A DNA stretch of 64,000 nt from Piedraia hortae CBS 480.64 (Eukaryota). This document shows, in pieces, positions 22,690 through 33,280 of the stretch; position 1 is the stretch's first letter; each line of letters opens with the position of its first letter. Under the pieces are notes generated by a model. It ran no database searches. It was not told where the DNA came from and saw only the letters and a program-made list of their open reading frames with translations. Made by a program: the position numbers and the translations under genes. The stretch is from the NCBI GenBank assembly GCA_010093745.1, contig MU005958.1:62001-126000 (forward strand), read 5' to 3'.

Positions 22690-24810
22690 GTGTTCATCTC
22701 ACTGTTAATCCAGAATTTTGCACGGCTTCGGTATTAGAGAAAAACAAGTCTCAACATACCGAAACCGAAAGTTCAGTGACAGGAATTGTAAATTTACGGT
22801 GTCCAAGACCAGTGCGAGAGTTGGAGAAATAAAAGATTCCCCAACTCCCTTGCTCTCCCAAATGCGTCTTGTGCCTGTTTCCGTCAGCAACCGGCTTCCA
22901 GCCTTCAGCCACGCTCTCACTCTCGCCTTCAGCCTAGTATATTTGATAGTTGTCGGCCTTCGGGTGCTTGTCCTCGTGCCAGTCCCGTTCGTCTGCCAAG
23001 ATGCTTGTCCCAATGTCCATTGCGTCTCGTTATCGTCCTGTTTCTGTTTCGGTAAAGTTAATATCTTGCTTCCAGTCTCCAGCTGTATTCCCACCCTTGA
23101 CTTCAGCCTCGTATATTTGAAAATCGTCGGTCTTCGAATGCTTGCTTATCGTTGTTTCCAATTCGTCTGCCCTGATTGTCCAAAGGCTTGTCCAGTGCTT
23201 GCGAAATGCTTCTCCCAACGCTCCTCGTCCTTGCTCCTATCTGCCTCCTTCCCTTCAGCCATGTTCATGCCAACAGTCATCGTCTAGGCCCACCCCGCCT
23301 CCATGGGTAGGATAGAGGTGGGATGGACCTGGACAATGACCAGTGGCATGGTCCTTCTCTCCATCCTACTGTCCACGCTCGGGTGTCTTTGCTGTTGTGT
23401 CCTTGCTGTCTTCGATACTATGTTGGTGCTTTTTGGCTGTTTCAACGATCGAAGGGATGGTGCTGTTAGTGCTGTCTGGTTAGTACTTGTACGGTTAGTG
23501 CTCTTCCAGGGAGTGCTGTCCGGTTAGTGCTCGTCCAGTGAGTGCTTATCCATGTGATGCTTGTCCCGTTGTTGGGCATGTAGTGAGTGCTCGTCCCGTT
23601 AGTGCTCGTCCAGTCCACCTAGCCTTGTCACAGTTAATACTCGGTCGAACTCTTGCCGGCAAGGTCAAGTGATAGTTTAGGGCTTCTTTACCCACTTCTT
23701 GCTCCTGCTGGCAATTAGTGGTTATTGCTTCTCCATTTCCTCTTCCTGTTAATGATTGTGTTGTTGCTCGCCCAAGATTGTCCACGTAGCTTCGGTGTTG
23801 TCTAATGATTGAATAGTCGATTGAATAGTCGTCCGTGCGGGTCCGTGAATAGGCTCAATCAAGTGTGTTAAATGTTGATGGTCGTATTCTTGAATGATGC
23901 CGTGAATAGCTTTATATCGCCCTTGTAGGTGCCTCATGTCGGAGATGTATGTGTCTCAGTGAAAGTCTTCGTGAATGCCTGTGAGAGCTCCGAAGTGTTC
24001 CAAAGAGGTTTCATTGATGTCTCAGTTAGTCCCTTTGTAAGTGTCAACGATGATGTGTGCTTGTATTTCTTCGTAAATTCATTCGTTAATGCCACCAGGA
24101 AATGTCACCGATTTACGCTTATATTTTCCGCAAATGTCTTCATCTTGAGCGTATGTGTCTTCGCGATTGTTTTCATGAATGCTTGCAGGTCCTCTTGAAT
24201 GATTGTTGGTGGCTTTGTCAATGTCTTTGTATACGATACGTGCTTGCTCAAGTGCTGGTAAATGTCCGCAAGTGTCTATGACAATCTTCGTGAATGAATG
24301 CGTGGATAGTCTGTAAACCCTCTTAAAGATCTCGTGGTTCTGTTAAGGATGACAATGTAGATGCTCGTAAAAGCTCTTAAATCTTCACACGTAGTCGTAG
24401 ATATTGTGGTCTTGCAGGGGTTTCCGTAGGGGCGTCGAGGTGGATTAGGAAATTGCGCGGGTTCATGTGTGGTAAGGAATGTCTTCGTAGGTGCTTGCAT
24501 TCATATGTGGGTATCCTTAGGTCTGCTTAGGACTCTATAGGTGTTTAAGGCTTTTCGTAGGCTGTCGTGGTGAGTCGTAGGGTTTCGTAGGTGTCAACGA
24601 GTGTTCGTCGTAGGGATTAGTAGGGACACATAGGGACACATAGGGACAAGTAGGCATCAATGAGCGGTGGTAGGGCTTTTTAGGTCCTTATAGGTGCCCG
24701 TCCCGGCCAATAGGTGGTAACGAGTGCTCTTCTTAGGTGCTTGTCGGCGTGCGTGGGTCTTCTCAGGTCTTCCAGGTCTTTTAAGGCTTGTGCAGGCTTC
24801 CGTGGGTTGC
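22690..24810 (-). repeat. Degenerate repeat body of the right element (diverged homolog of ~11971-13800, inverted)
   Basis: Shared blocks such as tttaagagc.t.tac.agcatct, tgaggca.ctacaa and cacatgga..taagcac; conceptual RLVPV in ORFs 22718-23287(+) and 13507-13899(-). Confidence 0.65.
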
Positions 24811-26280
24811 AGGGAATCGTAGGGCCTCGTAGGCTTCGTTGAATGTTCATCGTAGGGATCGTAGGTTTCCGTAGGGATTGTAGGGATCCGTAGGGATCCG
24901 TAGGGCATTATGGATCTTGTAGATGTCAATGAGTGTTCGTAGGTGCCTTCGGTGTCCAGGTTCCACGTGCCGTCCATAATAATATTATCTTGTAGGGTGC
25001 GGTGTGTTAGTCGTGTAGGTCTGCGTGCAGTATGCCTTCTTGCGGAGTAAGAAGGGCAAGAAGTCCAGGTGGTCCTTTCGGAAAAAAAACAGAAAAGCAA
25101 AGATCCAAGCGCCCTGCATCCAACGCCGCCCAAAAACAAACCAAGAAAACAAACCAAGAAAACAAACCAAGAAAACAAACCAAGAAAACAAAAGGCAGAA
25201 AAAGGCAGAAAACAGAAAAAGATAAGAAGCATGGCAGATGCCGTCATTGCTTCACGCACGCTCATCCGAGTCCTCGGCCGCCGACCCGTCCAGCGTCCTG
25301 GCGATGACTTCGGAAAGGGGCTCGGAGGTGTCAGTGTCCACCTCGAGGCGAGGCCCTGGAAAATTTCATTGGTTTAGCCGATGAAATCCAAGAATGGGTT
25401 TACTCACCAATCTTGGGGTCATAATGACCCTTAAATAGGTGGTCGACGGGGATGAGATTGAAGGGCTTGGTGATTGTAACCTGCGTGTAAGTTGATCGCA
25501 CACTTACATTAACCCCGTCGACGCGACCTGCCGCGAACACCCCGTCTTCGAAAGCTCCAAGACAGATAGGCTCCGGGCGGCTGAAGACCCAGCGTTTGAA
25601 CCTGCGAGCCTTAGCCCGGACGGGGAGGCGGACATGCACACCGCAGAAGCGAGTCATCGTGATGCTTATAAATGGCCTGTCCACGTTAGCCATGGGACCA
25701 ATTCCAGGCAAGAGCGATGATGGATGGATAACCGAGTGAAAGTGCATGGTGGAAAGACATAGAGTGATGGGCGAGGCGTAGGGAGTGGAGTGATAGGTGA
25801 AGCGGTGGTGATAGATGAAGTGGATAGAGGCCGTAGTGATGGAAGTGATGAAGGTGGGGTGAGGTGGAGTGGTGAGACGGGGCAGTGTGTTGAGGCGGCG
25901 TGATGGGACCGTGAAAGGCATATGGAAGGGCTGCACTTACCTTGCAATACCTTGTATTGATGGTTCTAGCTTGGGATTGTGGCTGAAGCTTCTCTCGCAA
26001 GTTGATGCAAAGGAGAACGAGAAAGAGAAAGAGCGACGGAGAGATTTACTTATTCCAGCCCGGGTGGAGGCCTTACGCGTACAATCAGCAGCGCGTCCGA
26101 TCCCGTGGGGCGTTGAGCATGTTGGGTTACTAACAGGTCACAAAAGACTGAACCCTGAGCAAGTTTGATCCTGCGTGGGGCAGTTGATGACTGATATGTA
26201 TCCCTCCCATAATTCACCGAGAAACATGGATATGGTTCCAGCATGAAAAAGCCTCTAACGAGATTGCTCATGGGCTCGAG
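24811..26280 (-). repeat. Right arm of the 1.47-kb inverted repeat
   Basis: Reverse complement of 10501-11970; outer junction lies within the palindrome GGGCTCGAGCCC at 26272-26283. Confidence 0.98.
25252..25657 (-). CDS. Orphan 117-aa protein, copy C (same as copy B)
   Basis: Mirror of 11124-11529 inside the right IR arm. Confidence 0.7.
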
Positions 26281-26959
26281 CCCTCTTAAACCATTCGCAG
26301 GCCGTTTCTCCCATACAACATTGCTAGGGAGCTGGAAACCACCTAGTAGGAGTCTCTTCCAGTGGCAAAACACCTATTGAAGCTATGTAGATGCCTAATT
26401 GCAGCCGATATGAAATCGTTTATGACGCCTTCCTCTATCTATTATCTTCTGCACGTACAAGCTCGTTCACACACAAGTCAGATGACTTGGTAATGATATG
26501 CGTGCATTGTATCATGTGGGAATGTTACCAGATATTTACAGGGCCAATCCACAAATGCTATTGGCCGAGGATCACTCAGAGAATGGCAGGGAAGTAAGGG
26601 CAAGTGTGCCTAGCGAGCTGAAGTGCCTTCTAGCATGGGGCACAAACGGACCCCTGTACCATGGGCAAGAAGGTCTGCTTAGGTCGCTACGTGTAAGGAA
26701 AAAGCTGACAAGTACGGTAACCAGGAGCAGCGACAACACACATGAAAAAGGGATAAGGTTTTGCCAAGACGGGCTCGGATGCATCGATAAAAATCTAAAC
26801 CAATTATACTTCCCTTGAAGAGAACAAACAATGGATCGTCACAATGAAAGTATCAAGGTACAGTAAGACATCATGATAAGATAATTGTAAATGAGTTTGG
26901 ATAAAGAGATTTCAATAAGATGTTTCTTTGTAAGACTATCAACACTCTAAGCCTGTCTC

Positions 26960-28126
26960 TCAATAAAAATCGTGAGGATGAGCCCTCGCCACCATTGTGA
27001 CACTAGGCGGAGAGGTCGTCGACGTAGGCACAGCGGATCTAACCGTCATAATGGTCTGAAACCTGCTCGAGGTATTTGCAGGACTCACTGCCGTCGATGA
27101 AGGCGTTGCAGAACTTATGATGAATGCTCCACTTGTCACCGAGGCGCTAACATAAATCACTGTCGCCGTAGATGTTGGTTACGCCGTAGCAGCACCTAGG
27201 CTCTGTATCAAGCCTACAAGCTGCTTGTTCATCTTCAAGACAGAAGTTTAAGCCTCACCATCAAAGACTGTAAAAGCGTTGCACGAAGCTGGTACCGGAG
27301 CTGTTGTGGGGTTTGTACAAGCACCACATTGCGTCGCAGTTGCCAAGGTGGCACCAATAGTCTTGCAAGTGGTGTAATACTCATCCTTGCCATCGGGATA
27401 GGTGCAGTCCGCTTACAGCTGAGTCGGTCACTGCCACACCCAGTAGACTGTCAACTTACCCTCTGGATGAGATGCCGTGATCTGAACATTACTCTCGCAC
27501 CATTGCTCCAGGCTGGATGTGGGCTGACCCGGGACGTGGTTGAGAAAGAGGACCTGGCGGGTGAGTGATACGTTGCCGCAGTTGAGCTGGTGGCACCTAC
27601 CATCGTTGTAGATTTGAGCGGCCATCAGGAAACCATGGCCGTTATCACCTTTGCCGTCTTTCATCCACTGAAGGACATCAACCATCTTTTTGGACTCAAA
27701 TGGCTGGGTAGTGTCATAGACTAAAACGGTGCCGCTGGCCTTTGGCTTGCCAAGCTGGTTTCAGGGCATGGTGACGTGGCCGTTTTCCAGATGCTTCATC
27801 GCTACACAGCTACCCGACTGGGCCTGCAGCATTGGGTAGCTAGGATTGGTGTAGTTGGAAGCATGCTGAGAGGGGTGGCAGAGGAGATCCGAAGAGTAGA
27901 TCTGGATCCGGCCGGACTCACCAGCTGGCACCTGATAGTTCACTGAAAAGCCGTTAAATGAGGGGTCGATGCGTGCAACATACCCACGAGAAAAGCTACG
28001 ATCGCCTATGTAACTGCCGTTCGAACCGATGACCTGGAACTCATCAATCAAGGAATAGCCAAAAGCAGGACCAGCCAATCTTAGAAGGCCAGAAACAAAG
28101 GCGAGAGCTTTGACGTTGCTGAACAT
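26960..28126 (-). pseudogene. Pseudogene of a secreted fungal protein (signal peptide, Cys-containing domain, Ser/Thr-rich tail)
   Basis: ORFs 27761-28126, 27428-27685 and 26960-27160 share one frame; in-frame stops at 27761, 27428, 27413, 27248, 27179; motifs NGSYIG..RGYVAR, ENGHV, DGRC, YWVWQ*P, EYYTTC. Confidence 0.8.
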
Positions 28127-28132
28127 GACAAA

Positions 28133-28201
28133 AATGTATGCAGATGAATGTATGCAGATGAATGTATGCAGATGAATGTATGCAGATGAATGTATGCAGA
28201 T
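28133..28201. repeat. 14-bp tandem repeat (AATGTATGCAGATG) x ~5 just upstream of the pseudogene ATG
   Basis: Direct reading. Confidence 0.95.
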
Positions 28202-28894
28202 AATGTGGTTGTGATGAGGTGCAATGCAAGTTGGTGAGTGATATGGTCAGAAGTAGGCAAACTCGACGCTTTTATGGTCGAAGTGAACAGTGCTGCGAGA
28301 CAATATTATCGACGATCGACAATCGACAATGGAGCATTGTGATATCGGCTCCTGTTTCTTCATCTGTAGCAAGTCCTTTGTTCCTCATCACAAGGTGATT
28401 GAATCCTTTTCTACTTGACACTAAATTGCGTGAATGGAAGAAAGAGCATTGTAGTTAAGTGGGACGAACTGATAGTGTGAGTACACTAAAACATAATTGT
28501 ATTGTTATATATGCAGCATACATGAAAGGACGTTGTTCATGGTCATCACGTGACATATCCTTCAACTTTTGTTGACATTGTGTTTCAGACATCCCAGAAC
28601 CTGCATGCAACTCGGTAGACTGATTGAGCATTTGTGCGTGTAAAACTAACGCGTCAGTGCAACCTATCACATGACAAAATTTTTTTTGCCCAATGGTAGC
28701 CCGAGAAGTTTCGTGTACTAATGCAAAGAGGTCACTTATCAAAAAGAGGGTCATGGTGCGTGGCTGACACTCTACACAGCCTCCCACCACGCCTGAATAA
28801 GCCAATCAAACTATGAAATTGCGTGCACAAAGACCCAACTTCATTTTTCACATTACTATAAATTCCAATTTCTCATACTCACACAGTATAGATC

Positions 28895-28966
28895 GGCCGT
28901 ATGGCCCAATGGTAAGGCGCTTGACTACGAATCAAGAGATCGCAGGTTCGAGCCCTGCTACGGTCA
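28895..28966 (+). tRNA. tRNA-Arg(ACG)
   Basis: GGCCGTA/TACGGTC acceptor stem, CTTGA-CTACGAA-TCAAG anticodon arm, GGTTCGAGCC T-loop, T-run terminator. Confidence 0.97.
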
Positions 28967-31439
28967 CTTTTTGGATTTCTTTATTGCGGATACGTTTGCG
29001 GCGTGATGACTAAGCGGGTGCCCAACCATCCCAAAACTTTTTGGTGGAACAGAGACCAAATGATAGCTAGGAGCTGAGGCTCAAGGAAAATTTCGATTAA
29101 CCGCTACTTGAAGGCCCTTTTAAATCACCTGTGCTATGTACTTTGGTATTAGACCCATTCTTTTTATGTTTGCACATTCCGTCCCATCTGTTGGGATTCT
29201 CAACAAGTCCTTCACCCGCAACGTCCCATGATTTCCCATGTCTTCGTCTCGAAACTTACACCCGGTTGGCTTGCCAACGACGCTATCGTACTCCCAGCGG
29301 TTGTAACGGATGTTCGCAAAGGCTGCGCCAACGACACTGTCCCCATCCTATAACGCACACGTATCGGAGCTTCTATCCTGCAAAGTCCAGAATCCTCTTC
29401 CACTAATAATGTTAGGAATGGGGAAACATCTCTTAAGTTAACGCTGGATGGCGTCCTCAGAATAGGGTCTTGCATTCGTTCGCGCCAACAATATGGCCCT
29501 CTTTCTAGAAAGACAACTCGTGGGTGTTGCGGCCTTTATGCAGTAGTCCTCCGCTGCTGATGAGTGAGGAGACACGTGCACTTGTCAGTGAGGCTGCGCT
29601 TGATGTGCTCTTGAACGAGGACCTTGGACAAAACTTGAGTAGCAGATTAGGTGACCTTTGTAAGCGGCGTTGTTGTCGTTAAAGAGAGGACACTGGAACC
29701 GTGGAAGCGAAACCTGCAAAGAACCATGCACTCTGGTTGTGATAATTGTCTGTCTTCATGACCAGGGCGCGCACCGGGGATATACAGGCTAATGTTGTTG
29801 CCTGATGCCATGGTCCCCTGTCTAGGTAGGGGCCAGTCTTGGTTTCATAAGGTGAGCTGTACAGAATCGGCTTTACCGCTGAGCTTCTGCCACAGTTGTC
29901 TGTGGCAGAAGTGCCCACAGGCCAAGTCTGATTGTGCTTCTAGACACCACAGCAGCAGCGTGAGGCAGCACTTTCGGGGAGAAATATGGTATTGGCGAGT
30001 TTCGTAACCACAACCATCGACACGGCTGCTGCCAGGGTCACAACCAGGCATTCCCAGAGCATTCCCCTCACTGCCTCACCAAGTAATGCGGTCCTTATCC
30101 GTGACACCACCCGCTTGCAGAACGGGGAGCTTTCGCATATGTGTTCGCGATATGGCCCAGATTGTCTTGAGATAGGAGAGCCTGACAAAGTGGGTCGGGT
30201 AGCTCGGTACGTAAAGCCATATTAGGAGCTGTGTGAGAAAGTGCAGCCCCGACTTAAAGCGATACAAGTGTGGACGCTGTTAGTTGCTATTTTTACGTCT
30301 CCCTGTACAAGGCATGTGGTTTTCCGCTCTATCGCTTGCATGCCGGGCCTGTTCTCCAATGTTGCTGACTTGATCTTCGCCCAAACCATCTTTGCAGCAC
30401 TTGAGGGCTGCAATTGTTGGCTTCGAGCAGTAGCAAGGTCTTTGGGTATTCGTTTTACGTTCATAAATGTGGATAACAATTCCTACCGAGGTTGTGTAAA
30501 GACCATAATGGGTGATGGACAGTCAGCAGTGATAGTAACAAAACAAAACGTTCGACCACGGACCTAGGTGTTGGTGTGTAGATGGAATTGTTGGAAATAA
30601 CTGATCGGGTTAATGCGGCTAGTGTTCTGCCGCCTAATTGTCTTCCGCTTAGCTAGAAGGTATTTCGGCAAAGAATAAAAGCGGTAAAGGGCTCCATCAT
30701 GTTGCCAAGAGGGCTTGTCGTGAAATCGGTGATATCGGCGAGCCTGAGCGCTGATTCTTATGCGTTGATAATGTTGAAGGTTCCAATGATTGATATGGCA
30801 CTGTGGAGATAAGAGGTGTGTAGTGTCAGGTCCCTCGACCCTGCAAGAAGGCGAAGGCGTGCATGTGTGCGTGTGCCAAGCCACCCCGCCTTGAAGGACC
30901 CCACCATGGCGGGGGAGCTTTCACATGCTCCACATTGAACCTTTAAAGCAATTTCATTTGTGGGTCTCAGGTTTAGCACGGGCAAGATTCAAAAGAGTCT
31001 GGGACAAGGACATACTTAACGGTATTCAACTAAAGAGTTGTTTTGTCAATGGTACACAAACGTCACGATTCATGTCCTATCAAAGCAGGCTTTCAAAACT
31101 CTTGACTGACAACTCAATCACAATCCCCACGCTCAATTTAACAGACTGGAATTCCCGCTTATGTTGTCCAGCTCATCAAATACGTATGTCCTCCTACCTT
31201 ACAATCCAAAGTTCTGTTCTCAAGAATCCATGAACAACACAAGAGAAAAAAAAAAAGAAGGCTACTCATTACACACCATGAATTACCCTTCAGAGAAAAT
31301 AAAAGACCCACCGACTCCCAAACGCTATCGCTCTTAGCCCGCCAAATGTCTGGAAGAACGCTTGCACTCTCAAGTGTACAATCCTCTCCTTGCTCTTTCC
31401 TTTACCAATTCCATTCGTCCAGTTGCCGTAGAGATGTGT

Positions 31440-32858
31440 CTAGCCACAGCAGAGCACCTTGGCAAGTTTCTGCATGAACCCTTCTTTGGGCGCTTCCGGG
31501 GTCGGCTGCTGCTGCTGTTGGGGTTGTGTCTGTGGCTGCGATTGAGGCTGCGGTTGAGCCTGTGTGGATGTTCCGCCCGTTGCCCGCCCGTTCTGCGGCT
31601 GAGAGGCACCGGTCCGACCGGCGTTGACGGCGTTGTTCGCCTGGTGTAGTGTTACCTGGTTGTTGTCGAGCGCCATGTTGCTGGTGCGCTTGTTTAGGTC
31701 GGCATTGGGCGGCCGTCGGGGCTGTTGACGAGCACCGGCCGCCTGCGGTTGTCGAGAGCCACCGGGCTTGGGGAGGTCAGCGTTCAGTCGGTCCTGGCCG
31801 ATGGCCTTTGACGATCGCTGTGCAGCCACCATGCCGCCTTTGATATCGGCAGCTGACGGATTTCCCTCGCGGTGTGCGGCGCCTCGCTGGTTGTCCCATC
31901 CACGACCGTTGTTCAGCTTCATCCAGTCGTACTCGCCGTCCTCGACCTCGCCCGTGCTCTGCAGCGCCTTGGTGAACAGGTCACGCAGGTAGTCGTAGTC
32001 GGGCGTGTCCTCAAAGCCGAGGTTTCGCGCGTACGAGAGGTATTTGTTGAACTCGTCCGGATAGCCATCGCAGAGGTCGCGCAACACCGTCGTCTGCTTC
32101 TTCTCGCCAATCTTCTCGTACTTTTGCTTGTTGGTGGCGGCTTTGAGCCCCTGCCACGGCAGGCCACCGCGCAGAAAGTACATGAAAACATGACCGAGCG
32201 CCTCCAGATCATCGCGCCGCGACTGCTCCCGACCCAAGTGCGTGTTGATGCTCATGTAGCGGGCGGTACCGCTGAGGCTCTTGCGCTCACGGTATGGGAT
32301 GTGCTGCTTCGTTTTGGGATCGCGATACTGCTTCGCCATGCCAAAGTCGACGACATGGATGACATTCTGCGCCTTGGTGCCGGGACGACCGATGAGGAAG
32401 TTATCAGGTTTAATGTCGCGGTAAATCAGGTTCTTCTCGTGGATCGTCTGCACACGGGACAACATCTGTTTGGCCACCATGACGACCGTCTTGACGCTGA
32501 ACCGGCGACCGCAGTGGTCAAACAGGTCCTCGAGACTGGGGCCGAGGAGGTCGATTACGAGGATGTTGTGTAGGCCCTCCTGGCCAAAAAAGTAGACATT
32601 GGGGATGCCGGCTGCGGCGGTCAGTAGGCGGCCAAAGTGGAGGGGAGGAAGCGACTTACGGCACCCAACCAGGACCTTGTATGTGCGATATTCATCGCGT
32701 AGTTGCGGCGCATCACTCTTACGCGGCTCAAATTTGATGGCCACTTGAGTGTTGTTCAGCAGGTTGGTGCCCTCAAAGATGACGCCAAAGGAGCCCTCGC
32801 CGATCTTCTTGCCGACGCGGTAGTGCGAACCGACGACGTTGCTGCTAGAGCCCGACAT
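31440..32858 (-). CDS. Casein kinase I, membrane-anchored (Yck1/2, Cki1 type)
   Basis: [36 protein letters not shown]-terminal LCCG palmitoylation site; in-frame 48-nt intron 32612-32659. Confidence 0.96.
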   Translation of the reverse strand: MSGSSSNVVGSHYRVGKKIGEGSFGVIFEGTNLLNNTQVAIKFEPRKSDAPQLRDEYRTYKVLVGCRKSLPPLHFGRLLTAAAGIPNVYFFGQEGLHNILVIDLLGPSLEDLFDHCGRRFSVKTVVMVAKQMLSRVQTIHEKNLIYRDIKPDNFLIGRPGTKAQNVIHVVDFGMAKQYRDPKTKQHIPYRERKSLSGTARYMSINTHLGREQSRRDDLEALGHVFMYFLRGGLPWQGLKAATNKQKYEKIGEKKQTTVLRDLCDGYPDEFNKYLSYARNLGFEDTPDYDYLRDLFTKALQSTGEVEDGEYDWMKLNNGRGWDNQRGAAHREGNPSAADIKGGMVAAQRSSKAIGQDRLNADLPKPGGSRQPQAAGARQQPRRPPNADLNKRTSNMALDNNQVTLHQANNAVNAGRTGASQPQNGRATGGTSTQAQPQPQSQPQTQPQQQQQPTPEAPKEGFMQKLAKVLCCG

Positions 32859-33280
32859 GGCGGAGCGGCGAGTGGTGTGCGCAGCGTGATCGAAGTGGTC
32901 GTCGGCGAATTCTCCGGTTCTCCGCGGCGATGGCGCCGAGTCCGGGTGAGTGAGGGGTTCGCGCCAGGTCAGTCAGCATTCATTACGGCGGGAAGCCGCG
33001 GACAAAAATGCGATAGGGCGGAAAGAGGAGGCTGTTAGAGGCGAATGAGGTGGTCAGCGTGGAAGAATTGGAGGGAAAATGGGTGGGAGAGTGGCAGTGG
33101 ATGGGCGTTGGCCAGGGCGCGACGGCTGCTCCCGCAACGCGACTCTACCAACGCGTCCCACCCCTGTCTGCACACTCCCACCTGCCCGCCCTCGGGTCTG
33201 TGGCCGTCTTGTTCCACACGCAATTTGCCCCTCACGCCCCCTGAAAAGATGGGGAAAATTGTATATGCCATTACATCACA

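Noticed and set aside
10501..26280. Autonomous DNA transposon or Starship-like element
   Set aside because: No transposase, tyrosine recombinase or helicase ORF is visible, and the enclosed genes are core single-copy genes.
29000..31200. Short ORFs in the island after tRNA-Arg
   Set aside because: No recognisable motif or consistent frame; may be decayed sequence but I cannot support a call.
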